Part shown: piece by piece, positions 12,479 to 27,945 of the stretch | How positions within the stretch are numbered: position 1 is the first letter of the stretch | Layout of the letters: each line of letters begins with the position of its first letter | Source of the DNA: Piromyces finnis finn | Lineage: Eukaryota; Fungi; Neocallimastigomycota | Assembly (NCBI GenBank): GCA_002104945.1 | Contig: MCFH01000042.1 | Coordinates: forward strand, 310,001 to 374,000 | Reading direction: 5' to 3' | DNA length: 64,000 nucleotides | Notes under the pieces: model-generated | The model's database searches: none | What the model was told of the DNA's origin: nothing | Seen by the model: the letters and a program-made list of their open reading frames with translations, nothing else | Position numbers and translations under genes: made by a program

Positions 12479-14775
12479 TTAATTAGTAGAATTTTTTTCC
12501 ATAGTTGTAGGTGTAGCTGGTGTTGAAGTTGCTGGTGTTGAAGTTGATGGGGTGATTGGTGATACAGCTTCGGTAGCCTTAGCGGTCTTCTTTGAGGCCT
12601 TCTTTTTCTTACTTCCTTTTTTTGGTGTAACACTTTTAGCTGCTAATTTTGGACTTTGAGCAATAAATGGTTTTGGTATTCCAGGATTAACAAAAATAGG
12701 TTGGAATTGTTGTGGAAATTGTGGTACCATTACGGGCTGCATGACAGGTGTAGAAGATGCAACCATTACTGGTTGAACTAATGGACTAGCAATGATTTGT
12801 TGACCCATGACTGGCATTTGAATGGCAGTTGGTAGGGGATTAATTTGATTTATTAAAGGTGATGGATGAGGGGTTGGTAATAGAGAAGCATGCTTAGTGG
12901 TAAGTCTAGTTTTGGAGGATGACTTGGAAAGAGATGACTTTTTACTTGATTTATTTAATTTTGAAAGGGAGGAAGCAGAATTAGAACGCCCAATAGCATC
13001 TTGCTTATTCGGTATTTCTATTTTTTCTGGCTTATCTGTTTTACTTTTAGTTTGCTTGCTGTTATTATTATTATTACTATTATTACTGGTGGAATTGGAT
13101 GAAACGCTATTATTTTCACCAGTTTTACTATTAGTATTTTTATTGCTTGACATAATAGAAATCTTTGATCTAACCTTCTTTAACTTTGGTTTAACAATTT
13201 CTTTTTTCATATTTTGTTTCTTTTTATTCTGTCCATTTAACCATGATTCAACTTTAAAAATAAATATAAAGAATAAAAAAAAAAAGTAATTAGTAAGGAT
13301 ACTCAATTATTTTCTCTTTTTTAATTTTACATAGCAACTATTTTATACTTTTTTGAAATTCCTATTATAACTTTGTTAAAAATCAATAATTATAAACTAT
13401 TTTTTTCCCCCCTTACCTTTATTATCACCTCCACCTTCAAGAATATTTAATGGTATGTCATCATCATCGTCATCATCATCAACAACATTAATATCATCAG
13501 AATCAGAGTCTGAATCTGAATCATCAATGACAAACTTTTTTGGTTCTGGTTTTGGTTCAACTTTTTCAGTTTTTGGTTCAGTAACTTCATCATCACTGAC
13601 TTCTTCACCTCTTTCTTTCTTTTTTTGTTTAATGGTTTCAAGGTTTCTTTCACGTAATTCTTTTAAAATTTGAGCAGGACTTTTACCCTTGTTATCATTT
13701 TCGTTAAAGCGTGATTCTGAACGACTTCTTTCTTGGAATAAAGATGATTTCCAAGAAGGTTTTTCTGGGCGATCATCATAAAGATTTGTTGTAGAACCAT
13801 ATTTATCATTTCTGTTATCCTCGAATCTATTTCTTCTATCATCATCATAACTTGTATATTTATTGCTATTTGAGGAACTAGTCCATTTATAAGCAGTGGT
13901 GGAAGAAGATGATGGAGTATATTTACTAGAATATATGTTATCATTACTACTACTACTATATTTTGAATAAATATTATCTGAACTTCCATATTTTGTGGTA
14001 CTTCCATATCTATCATTAGTACTACTGTATTTACTACTATAAGCGTTACTGGTGGTACTGGAATATGGACTATTTTTTTCTTCATTTTTTAAATATTTAG
14101 TGTATAGTGAATAGGTATCTTTATCATTAGAAGTGTTATTATTTGTAGTGGAACTGTACTTTGAAGAATAATCATATTTATTGGTATTGGTTTCACTTTT
14201 GTCATTTCCTAATTTGTAAACTCTTTTATATGAAGGTTCGCTACTTTGATTTGATGAATATTTATTGGTATAGTTATCTTTTGAATAATTTAAAAAGAAT
14301 TGGTGTTAGAATATAATATTATAGATTTTAATAATTAATTTTTAAAAAAATTTAAAAAATTTAAAAAATTATTAAAAAGCTTATATTTTAGTTCTTAATT
14401 TTTTTTTCCCTTTCCTTTATTTAAATGCTTTTCTAAAAAAAATAAAAAAAAAAACTTACTAGTAGTTGATGAGTATTTAGAAGTATAGTCATTTCTATCA
14501 TTAGATTCAGTTTTGAAAAAGTCATAGTCATTGGTACTTTTAGTGGTAGTCTTTTTGTCATCAAAAGAATCAAATATATCATCGAATAAACTTTTACCAG
14601 TTGTAGAAGTTTTATTATCAGAAAATAAAGAAGTGGATGTTTTTGTTGATGTTGTTGTTGTAGTTTTTGGACTTTCTGATAAATAGGCCACTGGATCAAG
14701 ATCAGTATAAGCTGGCTTACTTTGCTTTTTTGAAGCAGAAACACTTGAACGTTTAGACTTGAAAAAGAATCCCAT
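12479..14775 (-). CDS. Hypothetical low-complexity (S/T/Y/K/P/Q-rich) protein, 3 exons (14775-14460, ~14278-13417, 13251-12479)
   Basis: Phase-consistent GT-AG junctions (STT-NNY; DNK-VESWL). The middle exon reads as an open frame not listed in the ORF track. No recognisable domain. Confidence 0.75.
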
Positions 14776-17629
14776 TTCTTTTTATTATTTCTTTTAATAT
14801 GATAAAATTATTTTTTGGCTTTTTTTTTTTTTTTGATAATTATGCAGGTATGATAAAAAATTAAATTTTCTTGATAATACTTTATTATAAATAATGTTTT
14901 TTTTTCAAAAAAAATTAAAAAATTACGCTTTTTTTTTTTAATTAGTTATTATGATAATTATGGTTATGATACTTTGATTATAATACTCAATGTTATTATT
15001 CTATTATTTAATTCTATTAATTTTATTTTATATTTTTCTCTCCTGAAATATGATATATATATAAATGTTAGTGTAGATTATGAAATATTATTTAAAGAGT
15101 TATGTAAACGTTAACACGATAAATAAATAGATTAATAGTTTTATGTTTTTTTTTTAATTATACAATTTTAAAAGAAAAATATTAACTTTGCTATATATAT
15201 TGTATAACAGTATAATAAATATTAAAATGGGTTGTTTTATATAACTTTTTTTTTTTATATTTTTCTTTTTTTGAATAGATAATATTAAATTTAATAGTAC
15301 AAATTATTACTGTTACTTTTTAAATATACTATTTGATATGTATATTACTTTTTTTTTAAAAAAAAAAAAAAACCAAAAGTTGTATTAATACTACTGAAAT
15401 TAATTTGGCTTTTTTTTTTTTTAAATATTCTTAATTGTTAATAAACATCCTTTATCTAAATAAATATAAATATATATACTTTTAATTTTATATTTATTTT
15501 TCTATATTAAAAGAAACAACTTTATAAGGGATTGTTGTTACGTTATAAATTGAATAAATGAAATGAAATTGGTTGATTTAAAGAAATTATAAAAATTAAA
15601 AAAAAAAAAAAAAAAATTCTTTTTAATATATTAAAACTGATTTATTATTAAATTTTATTATTAATTATTTTTATATAATTTTTATATTAATCAATTCATT
15701 ATAAAAAAAAAAAAAAACCCACAAAAACTAAATTAATAATAAACTAAACCAAACTAAACCAAACCAGCTAAAAGTTTGTTTTTTATTAAAACCTTTCAAA
15801 AAACCAAATTAATATAAATAAAGAGGAATGCCATATAATTGCCTTTTTATTATTATAAATAATAAAATTATAATAAATTTTATTTTATAATTATTGAAGA
15901 GTATTTATAGATTTATTATAAAAAGTTATTTATCAAATAATTTATTCATTCATTTACTTTATGATAATGTAATAAGCCTACATTATATTATTAGTTGGAG
16001 AAATGTACCGTAAATGTAATAATAAATTTTTTAATATTCATTCATAATAAATAAATGGATAAATAAATAGTAAATAAATAAATTTTATTCTTTCTTATTA
16101 TTTTTCACTATTAAAAATAATTTAATTTTTTAATATATTATGAATGAACCGATTTAATATATTTTCAGTATATTAAACCATATTGAGTTTATAACATTGT
16201 ATATAAAATACTATTCTCAAGTATATTAAATATATTAATAAATATAAAGAAATAATATATTATTATAGAAAACAATAAATTTCAATAAAATCCAATATAT
16301 ATTGTGATTAAAATTAAAAAATATAAATATAAATCTAATCAATTAGAAATTTTATTGTAAAATATATTGTATATGTTTCATAATATATTTTTCAATAAAA
16401 TAATTTACATTATAATATATACTAATAATAAATCTAATATAAATTTTAAATAATATAAAATAAACTCTATCAATAGTATTGTAGAATAATATATTATACC
16501 ATAGATTAAAATTTAGTACAAAATGCAAATAATAATAAATAAAGTTTTATAGAAGTAAATTAAAGAAATATAAAAATTATATTTTAGTATACTCTACTAC
16601 AAAAAAAACGATGTAGAGTAAAAAATCATCATTTACTTAATAGTATTTAGTAAATAGAGTTGACTTTATACTTGACTTTATGGTAAAGCTGAAAATATAC
16701 AAGCAATACTATTTATGTACCATTATTACTGCTTTTAATTTGAAAAAACCTTTTGTATTATCTTTAAAATTCTAAATCGAATATGTCTTAATCACCACCA
16801 AAAAAATTTTATCCAAAATGAAACAGATAAATAATAAAATTATTTCTAATATATTATAATAATATAATAATATATAAAGTGTAATATATATACCGATTAA
16901 ATTTATTTGTATTGAAAAACAAAAAACGTAGGAAACTGTTTTTATTATTATAATATAGTATAATATACAACTATATATTATACAATATAAACATAATATA
17001 TAATATTTATTAGAGTTATATACAATTGAAGTTTTAACCCTAATAAATACTAAAAATATTTGGCTTGATGAAATTTTGATTAGATTTTATATTGAATATA
17101 TATTACAATATACTCATTTATATTATTTATAATAATAAATACATTTTAAGTACAACAAAATAAAATTTAATTTATTTATATTAAAATAAAGTTTAAATTA
17201 AAAAAGTATCCACAACTTCAACTTAAAGAAAGATATTGTTAATTTATATATTTGATCATTTATTATAATACATTCGAAAATTAAATAGATGGCAGTGTGA
17301 ATTTTGTATTTTCATCCTTATCATATCAATGTTAAAGAAAAAAAATCCAAAATTTTGCAGTTGTGGTTTGTCTCTACTACTTTTAGGCTTATGAATGGTT
17401 ATGAAGAGAAAAAAAAAAGAGTGAAAGAGAAATAAATAATACTATAAATATATGAAGCTATATTGACTTAATAATTAATTAATTATTTTTTTTACCTATT
17501 ATTTACCATAATATATTAATAAGCATGATTTAGAAGCATTAAAGAAAGTTTTTTTTCTTTTTAATTAATTTATTAATTTTTAAACTTTATCATCTGTACG
17601 ACATTAAATAGAAAATGTTAAAATAAAAT

Positions 17630-17745
17630 TTTATTGGCAGATTTTCACCTCGTACAAAATTGGTATTAGCCAATAATATTAATGGAAATATTTAATTATA
17701 AAAAATAAAAAAAATTAAAATTTCTTTTTTAGTGCATCACGTGAC
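17630..17745. promoter_or_regulatory. Candidate promoter module: three CCAAT/ATTGG boxes plus TCACGTGAC E-box
   Basis: ATTGG at ~17634 and ~17659, CCAAT at 17670, TCACGTGAC at 17737-17745 in otherwise very AT-rich DNA. Target gene not identified. Confidence 0.35.
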
Positions 17746-18874
17746 AATATAAGGAAAATAGGAAAAAAAAACAGAAATTTATAAAAAAAATTCCTTTCTT
17801 TTATTATAATACTTTTACACTTTTTCTTTCTTGTAAAAGTTTGCATAGAAAGAAATGAAGAAAATGCATGAAGTATGAATAAAAAAAGAAGGAAGAAAAC
17901 GTTTAAAAAAGTTGAATAATTATGTTTAAATGATAAAATTCCTGAATAAAAATGTATTAAAAATATTTTTTTTCATTTAAAAATTGGGAATTAGTTTAAA
18001 TTTTCTTTTTTTTTTTTATATTAGAATTATTGTTGAAGACGTTTTTTAATACTTTTTTTCTTTCTTTCCTTACCTTATTAAATCATCTTTTTTTTTTTTT
18101 TTTTTCCCTCATTTTGTTAATTATTTAAAAATAATTAATTTTTCCTCGTTTTTTTTTACATTAAATTTTATGGCACTTTGAAAGTTGATTTTTAATTTTT
18201 AATTTATTTTTATATTAAAATTAACTCTATTAAAAATAAAATAATAAATATATTATAATAGATTTTTTTTATGGCTTCATTACAAAAAGTTTAGCAATGA
18301 TAATTGCACTCTTATTATAGTATAATATAAAGTACTAAAATATTAATATACATATGGATAATGAACGGATAGTGAATTATTTTCATTACTATGAAATGAT
18401 TGATTGAATACATTACTTTATTAAATTTAACTTTGCAAAAATAAACTTTAGACTTTTTTTTTATGTTTTATTATATTTCATTATTGTATAGCATGTTCAA
18501 AAAAAGAAATTATAATACATACTTTAAACGAAAAAGATATAGAATTAATAGAAATATATATATATAAATAAAATGAGTAAAATTTAATGTCATTAGTTTA
18601 AAAACTTTTTTTTTTTTTTTTATAATTATAATGAATTTTCAATGATTAAAACTATGTGGGTATAAATATATTTATTCATAGACATTATAATTTATTTATT
18701 TTTTTTTTTAAAATAAAAGCTTATTATATAAAGATAAAACGTCGTATTATTATTCTTGTCACTAATATTGTTACTTTTTTCTTTCGAATATACTCTTTTC
18801 TTCATCTTTCCCTTTTAACTTTTTATTATTCTCTCTTTTTTTTTTTTTTTTTTTTTTATATATCTATATATATT

Positions 18875-21705
18875 TTATTTTTTTGAACAAACTTTACGAT
18901 GTCTTAAAATATCTGCTGGTGTTCGAATAACAATGCTTTGTTGACAATTTGAACAAAAGTATTTCTTTTCTTCATCCGTAGAAGTGGTGGTTGTTGATGA
19001 TAGTGGTTGAGCAATTAAGGAAGATTTATGATCATCAGAATTGGAAGTCATTTTCACGTCATTATCATCTTCCATTTTTCTATTTTCATTTTCACCTAAT
19101 TTTTCTTTTTCTGTAGTAGTCGTGGTGGAAGCACCTTTATCAAATTTCTTTTTTGCTTTTTTACCAAGATTTTTAATATAGGCTAGATTCTCTTGATAAT
19201 ACGAGCATTGTTTTAAATGGGCTATAGCCTCTGAACGTTCTAAAACACCATCAAAATCATTACACCATCCACATTTCCAGTATTGTTTAAGATAAGGATC
19301 TGGAGGAGAATAAAATTTACGATTGGAATAGTTATGGACCGTGCTTTCTTTATTTCCAACCATTTTACGTTTAGATTTTTGAATCACTTGAACATTGAGA
19401 GGAAGAGAACCATAACGAAGATATGGTGTAATTTGAATACCTGGTAATGAGGAAGGTTGATTAGAACTACTGGTATTAATATCTTTTTCATTTTTTATGG
19501 TATCTTCTGGTAATGAAAATGGAAACATAGCAGAAATTTCATTACTTGTAGGTTTTGTTACTTTACAATCTACTTTCATATTCATAAATTCAATTAATAG
19601 TCCTATAAATAAAATTATATGAAAAAAAAAAAAAAAAATCTATATTAGTAATGCATTCACATATTCACTACTAAAAACTTAAATTATTAGAAATAAATAG
19701 ATGAATAATTATAGAATGATTTAAAAATAAATAAATAAATAAATATTATTATTTATTTATTTATTATCATCTATTATCCTATTAATATAAATATAAGTTT
19801 TTCTTTTTTTTTTTTTTTTAATTACTTGTTACATCATCCGCTTCAATATTAGAATGTTCATCATCCATTAAATGTTGATGACATTGAATTTTTTCCCAAT
19901 CTTTACGAATTTTTTTAATGCTCACTGGAAGAATACAATCACTTAGATCTTCTAAATCATCCTTTTTTTCTTTATTGTTTTGAAAAGATGGTTGATGTTC
20001 TTTTTTTAATAATAATTTCTAAGGATTGGAAAATATAATTAAATCATTATAAATAATGAATGAAAAAAAAAATTTTTTTAATATAATTTTTCGTTTTTTT
20101 TTTTTTTTTTTTAATTTAATAATTGTAAGAACTTCTATTCATTGATATTATATTATTATCACTCTATTAAATAGATAGATAGATAGATAGATAGACAGAT
20201 ATTGATGAAATGAATATTTACTTCAAGTGTTTGATTAATTGTAAGTTCCCAAGCTAAACGTAACCAATTTGAAAGAATTAAAGATTTTTCAGCTTCTTTC
20301 TGATCTGTAAAGGATAACAGAAGCCAATCATCAACAACAATTCGAGTCAAGTCTAAATTGGTATCAACTATTCACATGAAAAAAAAAAAAAAATAATAAT
20401 AATAATAATAAATAAATAAATAAAAAAAATAGAATTAATAATTATTTAGTTTAGTTGTATATTATGAATATAAAATTACTCATTGGATATTATTTATTAT
20501 TAGTTTTTAAGAAATTACTTTTTTTAGAGAATAAAAGACAAGCTTGTAATGCAGGTACTCGAACAACATTCACTAAATAAGGTTTTTGTGTCTCAAGAAG
20601 ACTTTGATAACATAATAATTCGGTAATAACCATTTCATTTCTCAAGGATTGAAGAGTAGTGGGCTTAGACTCAGTGTTATCATCATCTTCTCCATTTTCA
20701 TTTCTTTTAATGATCTCTTCACTTTTTGTATGAAGTAATTCTGGTTTAGAATAATAAATACTAGTAGGATGCATATATATAAACCTTTTTTTTTTTTTTT
20801 TAACAAAATTAAAAAAAAAAAATTAATATAAAAAATTTATTGAATAAAAATAAATAAATTTTTTCTTGCATAGTATTACGATTTATTTTTGGTATGGAAA
20901 ATTTGTTCATTATCTTTTCTCATTGGATTTGCACTATCTGATATGGCCTAAAATTAAAATGTTATAAGATAGAAGATATTGTGTTATTGTGTTATTACAT
21001 CATACATATGCAAAATAAAATTACCATTAATCATTATTTATATAGTTATTAATAATTATTTATTAATGTATTAATTTATATCATAATTTTAACTTTTAAA
21101 GTTTACCAAATTTGGATAGAGACCACAACACATAATTATTTTTAATAAATTAATATCGGAGGAGGAGAGATTAGAAATATCTGAATATTCTTGAAGAAGG
21201 TTTGCATCATGATTTAATTCAAATTCAATTTCATGAAGTGATAAAGTATTTGGTTCTTCTTCTAATAATTATTTATTTATTTTTTTAAAATGTTAGAAAA
21301 AGTGAAATATAATATATAATATATGATATATATAAATGATAAATTTTATAATGATTAATGATATATTTATATTTATATCTATATCTATTATTAATATATT
21401 TATTTATTTATTTTTTTTTATAAATCTATAAAAATTCTTTTTACCTTTTTCTTCATTATCCGAATCCTCTTCTAATTTAAGGATAACTCTTTTCTTTTGT
21501 GATTTTTGAATGCATTTTTGACGTCTTAAAAATTCTCGATACGCCTTCCTTTCTTTTCTTTCTTCGAAGGATAACTAAAATAAATAAAATAAAATATAAT
21601 AAATGAACAATATATAATAATTACATCAATAAAAATAATTAAATTACATAAAGAATTTTTTAGAACTTTTTAATTGTTATATAGTATTTGGATTATAATA
21701 TTAGA

Positions 21706-21797
<92 letters not shown>

Positions 21798-21798
21798 G

Positions 21799-21848
<50 letters not shown>

Positions 21849-24800
21849 GTTTATTATTATGTTTATTATTATTATTATTATGTTTATTATTATTATGTTT
21901 ATTATTATTATGTTTATTATTATTAATTACCTTGATATCATTTTGACGTTGATGATGATTTCGATGATGATGATGATAATTGGAATCATTTTTTGATCGA
22001 TGATGGTCATAATATTCTCTCATGTTATTCAAGGTAACACCTTGATGATTAAAGCGTTTATCTATTCCATCCATGGCATCCTCTTCTTCTTTTTCTTCTA
22101 AAATAGAAAGGCAATCCTCCAAAATATCTTGAAATTGACTTTTTAATTTAACCATTTCATAGAGACGTTGTTCCTCTACTCCATGTCTTCGACACCACAT
22201 TCTTGATGATTCTTTTCGTTTAGCTTTAATTTCTAACCATTGACTAAATAAATTTAGTATAGTGAAAGTATCACCTTCATCAGAATCAAACTTGTGTTTA
22301 TTCTTTTATTTAAAATAGGGAAATGAAAAAAAAAATATTATTAGATTTATATACTTGTTTAATTATCTACTATTATGAAAAAGTTTTTTTGAATAATGAA
22401 TGAAAAGATTTTTTTTTCTAAAAAAAAAAAATATTGGATAATAATAATACATTTAAAATATCTGTTTTAGATTCGTTCACTCTAACAAATGGAGATTGAA
22501 TACTTAATCCTGAGATAATAGTAAGTACTGGGTCAATTAATTCATTAGACTTTATATTAAAAAAAAAAAAAAGGATTAATAAATATAAATAACTTATTAG
22601 TAATACTTCAACTATTATCTATAAATTGAAAATATTTAAAAAATATTTAATATATATATATGATATATATATATTATTTACATAATAATAATAGTATTAA
22701 CATTTATTTAGAGAAAGAAAGATATAAAAATTTTCAATAACATACAAATCCCATAAACATTGCCATTATTAACATTTTACCAAGTGAAACATCAATTGGC
22801 ATATTCGATAACATTTTTCCTAATGGTGTTAATCGTTCATTATAATCCAAAGCATTAATGTTTTTAAGATGTTGAATAGAATGAATAATATTTTCAATTG
22901 GGGGTTTCTTTAAAATTAAAATTAAATTTTTAAATTAGAAAAAAAAAATGAAGAATTATATTTAGTTGATTGAACTAAGTATACTATATAATTTGTTATT
23001 TAATTATTTTAATTTAATAAAAGTGAATTTATTTTTTAACCTCAATAAAATCAAAATCTTTTGGATTTCCTAAATTAAAAGCACCTATCTTTTTTATTTA
23101 TTAATAGTATAAAATAAAATAAATTATAAAATCTTTGCATTAATTCTATATTTTTTTCTAATATATATTTTTAATTGAAAATAATAAACATTCTAGAAAA
23201 AAAAAAAAAACTTTTACTTGAAGAATAATGCTTTCTAAGGGAATTCTTTTTATTTCAGGAATAGCAAAATCATTTAAATTTTCAAATTCATTTTCAGAGT
23301 AAAATCTAAAACACTTTTTCAAGAAGTTAAAGGTAAAAAAAAAAAAAGTGGAAATTAATTTTAAGAGATGATAATTAAAGTTTATCTATTATATATATAT
23401 ACCTCTCCTGGACCAGTACGCCCTGCTCTACCCATTCTTTGCATAGCACTTGCCTTACTAATCCAATATTCTGATAGTTTCGAAACACCACATTCAATAT
23501 CATAACCCATTTCTTTTACCCTTCCAGAATCAATAATAAATCTTATACCATCAATGGTAACACTAGTCTCAGCAATGTTTGTAGATATAATACATTTCCT
23601 GACACCTTTTTTTCATAAAAGTATTATAAAATCGTTATTATGTAAATACCTATTTTTTTTTATTTAAATATATAATACATATAATAGGATATTTTATTTC
23701 TTTTTATTACCTTCTGGAGCAACAGCAAAAACTTTATCTTGTTCTTCTGCTGATAATGTTGAATGTAATTGTAAAATAATCCATTTCCTTTATGATCATT
23801 AATAATAAATGAAAATAAAAATTATCAAAAAAAAAAAAAATTAATCAATATTGATAATTGATATTATATTAAAAAAAAAAAAAAAATTAATCAATATTGA
23901 TAATTGATATTATATTAAAAAAAAAAAAAGAGCAATGAAATTTAATAAGATTAATTTTTAACTTATTTACTTGGTATAATTAGCATAAAGTTTTAATTCC
24001 TCTGCTAATTTTGTTATTTCATTAATACCGCTTTGAAAAATTAATAAATCACCTCTTTCATTGGATGGGATACTCTGATCAATTCTTTCCATGATTTTTA
24101 AATAAGGATCTTTAAAAAAGAAGTATTAAAAAAAAAAAAAACCATTATTATAATCCATTTATAGGAATATAAATGAAAAAAAAAAACAATTATAACTCAT
24201 TATTTTACCAGCATTTAATCGTATTGGTTTTGCAGGAATAGACTTTTTTTTTATGATATTGTATAAAGATTTTATAGGTATAAAATAAATGTAGAAAAAA
24301 AAAAAAAGTTAAATAAAAATTGCTTTGTTGGAAAATTATTTAAAACTTCTTACCATAATTTTATTATTTTCACGTAGTTCTTTTAATTTATCCCCAGAAA
24401 ATATACGGTCTTCTTCAGCAATTGGCATATATTCTACTTTTACAGGATAGACTTTACCCGGTACTTTAATGGTTGGAGCATTAAAATAATTTGAAAAAAG
24501 TTCAATATTGATAGTAGCACTCATCAAAATTAATCGAATATCTTCACGACGACGTATAACTTGTTTTAACATTTCTAATAGAAAATCACCTGTAACGTGT
24601 CGTTCATGAATTTCATCGATAATTATAACATCATAATTAGAGAGTAATGGATCACTATAATATATATATATATATTTAATTATATTTTATCATTAGAATA
24701 TAATTATAAAAAGATGTATAAATATTCATTTTTTCTCTTTTTTTTTTTTTTTACAATTTTTTAAAATATTTATATATTTTATATTTTTTAAAAATTTCCA

Positions 24801-26749
24801 CCTTGAAAATTGTCTAATTAAAACACCCTTGAATACCAAATATTATAATAAAAAAAAAAAGGTCAATAAATAAAAGTACATAAATTTAAATTGTACAAAT
24901 GATATTATATTATTAAATAAATAAAAATATTTACTTCTGTTAAAAAGAGTACTTTAGTTCTTGACGATTTAGTACTAGAATCAAATCTAACTTGATAAGC
25001 TATTTCTGATCCATATATATTGTGAGTTTCATAAGTAACACGTCTAATAATAAATTCAACATGAAATGCAAAAATATATATATATTGTATATCGTATATG
25101 CATTATATATTATATATAATAATATTTAAAAATGAAAAATTAACTATTTGAAACATCATTAAAATTAACAATTTTTAATACTATGTTCTTTATTATAATA
25201 ATGATGATAATAATTCTTACCTTGCTAAAGATGAGCAAGCAATTCTTCTTGGTTGTGTACAAGCAATTTTATTAAAACCTGATTCTAATAAATACTGAAC
25301 TACTTGAGTAGATTTACCACAGCCTGTGTCTCCAGCAATTAATATAACTTTATTTTTCTTTACTGCATCAATGATATCATCTTCATAAGCTTTAATAGGT
25401 AAGCTATCTCTCACTTTTTTTATTTTTTCCTTTACACTTTTTAATTTTTTCTCTTTAAAATCAGCAAATAAGGTTAATGCTATTTTTACGTTTTTATGTT
25501 CATCTCGTTCTCGTTCATCTCTTGAATTGAAACGTGGTAATTTATTTTCTGATTTTAACTTTTTTAATCTCAATTCATTATATTTTTTAAAAAAATCTGT
25601 TTTTTTTTTTTTTTTTTTTTTTTTTTTTCAATTCATTACAAAATACAAAATAATATATATTATTATATAGTGAAGAAGAAAGAGTGGGTGGGAGAAAAAA
25701 GTACATTTACATAGAGAGAATAATTTATTTTATTAATAATAATAGTAGTAATACTAATAATAATAATAATTTTAAGAAATAAATTTCTTTTTTTTAAAAA
25801 AAAAATACTATTTAATATAAATTTAAAAAATAAAAACCTTTAAAATCATAATATTCTTCTGTTCCAATAAGAATTTTGGAATGTCCTTTCTTACTAAAGA
25901 ATACCTCATCAACACTTCGACTCCATATATATTTATTTTCGTATTCCTTTTGATTATGACTGTCATTACTATGTAATCTTATTTCATAATTATCATGATG
26001 ATGGTGGTGATGACTATCACTTCCACACCTATTTCTACTTCTACTATGACTATTATAACTATGACTTCTAGGACTATGACTATTGTGGTCCTGACTTGAT
26101 TTTTGTTTTTTATTTGTATCTCTTTCATTCAATTCTTCAATATTTTCTTCTTTTCTTTTTCTAATTCTATCATTATTATCGTCATTATGTAATTCTTTTT
26201 TTGCAATTTGAATAATATCCTCCTTTCATATTTAGTAAAAAAAAAATTTTTTTTTAAAAAAAATGTTGAAGTTTTGATGAATTTTTAATGAAAAAAAAAA
26301 AAAAAAGTATTAATACCATTTATTTTATAGGAAATGAAAAACAATGAAAAACGAATAAATTATAAAGAATGTATGAATGTATTATAACCATTATTACAAT
26401 TTACAAAAAATTAATTAATTATTATTAGATAAATGAATAATCAATTTATATATTTGTAAAATTTATTTTCCATTAATCTATAGTTTTAATAGAATAACAA
26501 TATTAAAAAAAAGAAAGAAAGAAACAGAAAAGGATAGAAAAAGAAAAAAGAAAAAAAACACTAAAAATGAAAGATATTTTTTTTTATTATTAAAATAATA
26601 TTTACTTTATTTAATTTGTCAATATCTTCGGACTCATCTTTATATTTTATGGTTCCATCAATATTATAAGTCCATTCTTTTGAATCGTCATCTCTCTTAC
26701 GGTATCTTTTATCATAATATGGATTATAATTTAACGAATGATGCGACAT
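18875..26749 (-). CDS. DHX34: DEAH-box RNA helicase, DHX34/SMGL-2-like (many exons)
   Basis: [58 protein letters not shown]34-like segments [47 protein letters not shown], and a C-terminal C-x2-C...[10 protein letters not shown] zinc finger. Confidence 0.9.
21709..21925. repeat. Interrupted (ATT)n microsatellite inside a helicase intron
   Basis: Donor AAG|GTAATT at 21930 (minus) and acceptor TTTTAG near 21575 join ...RQNDIK to [12 protein letters not shown]... in phase 0. Confidence 0.85.
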
Positions 26750-27459
26750 TTTCTAATTATGGAATGACCAAAATTTCTTTAATAATAATTATTATTTTTA
26801 TTGGGAAATATATATATATATATAATAGCAAAATATGGAAAAGATTTTAATGAAATAAAATTTATATAAAGTTCAATTTTTTATATTATTCATTTAAATA
26901 TAAATTTTAATATACACATTAATACATTAATGAAATAAAAATAATAATAACAATTAATAATTATATTTATTATTATTATTTTATTGTTTTATCCATTTAA
27001 TCATTACTTTTCTTCTCAATTAAAAAGGACTATTTCATTAATAATGAAAAAAAAAAAAAAATGAAAAATGAAAAAGAATATGAAAATTTCAACCATTTTT
27101 TCATAAACTTTAAATTTTTATAAAATTTATTTAAATTACTTTTCATCCATTTAATTTCTAAAAAACGGTCAATCATTCTTTTTTTGTAATAAAAACTATG
27201 ATCAAAGTGACATATCAACTAATAAATATATAATTATTATTTTTTTTCAATAATGAAAAACAAGGTTACATTATCCTTTTTTTTTCTTATAATAAAATAG
27301 AAATAATACAATTAAAGTGCAACAAATTTTAAAAACTTTAAAAAACACTTTCTTTCATTATCCAAATAAAAATCATAGAATTTTTTAAACTTTAAATTAG
27401 TTTAGTTCTACAAAATAATAAAATAACTATATTAATGGCTATGACATAATAACAATAAC

Positions 27460-27490
<31 letters not shown>

Positions 27491-27885
27491 GTATATATAT
27501 ATGTATGTGTAATAATGCAACTATTTGTAAAAGAATTGTTTGTTTCTATGATGAATAACACTATTTTTGACAGTAATTTATATTTTAAAAGGAGAATGAA
27601 TAATAAAAAAAAAAATTGTTAAACAGAAATTTTGATTACTTTTTATATAGAATGCTAATTAGAATTTAATTATACAAAATATCTGAATACTTTAAAACCT
27701 ACCGTTTTTTCATAAAAGTATTAAAAATCAAGTTTACTAATATTTTGTACTATCAATAAATTTAAAATAACTACTGCAAAAACAACAACAATAATAATGT
27801 TAATAATAATAATAATAATTATAATAATAATTAATAATAAAAGATTTTATTATACTATAATGTATAATCATAATAAGATATATTT

Positions 27886-27945
<60 letters not shown>

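Noticed and set aside
13295-13302. GTATCCTT (U12-type donor consensus) on the minus strand
   Set aside because: It lies inside an intron already opened by GTAAGG and overlaps a U2-type branch point (TACTAAT) near the acceptor.
12897-13673. Plus-strand Leu-rich and Ser-rich ORFs
   Set aside because: Antisense shadows of the minus-strand low-complexity gene.
21706-21930. Poly-Asn C-terminal extension of ORF 21706-22200
   Set aside because: A GTAATT donor at 21930 splices in phase to the next helicase exon, so the tract is intronic.
27030-27218. Short minus-strand ORF upstream of the helicase
   Set aside because: TTG start, no motif, runs into a homopolymer; it may be UTR.
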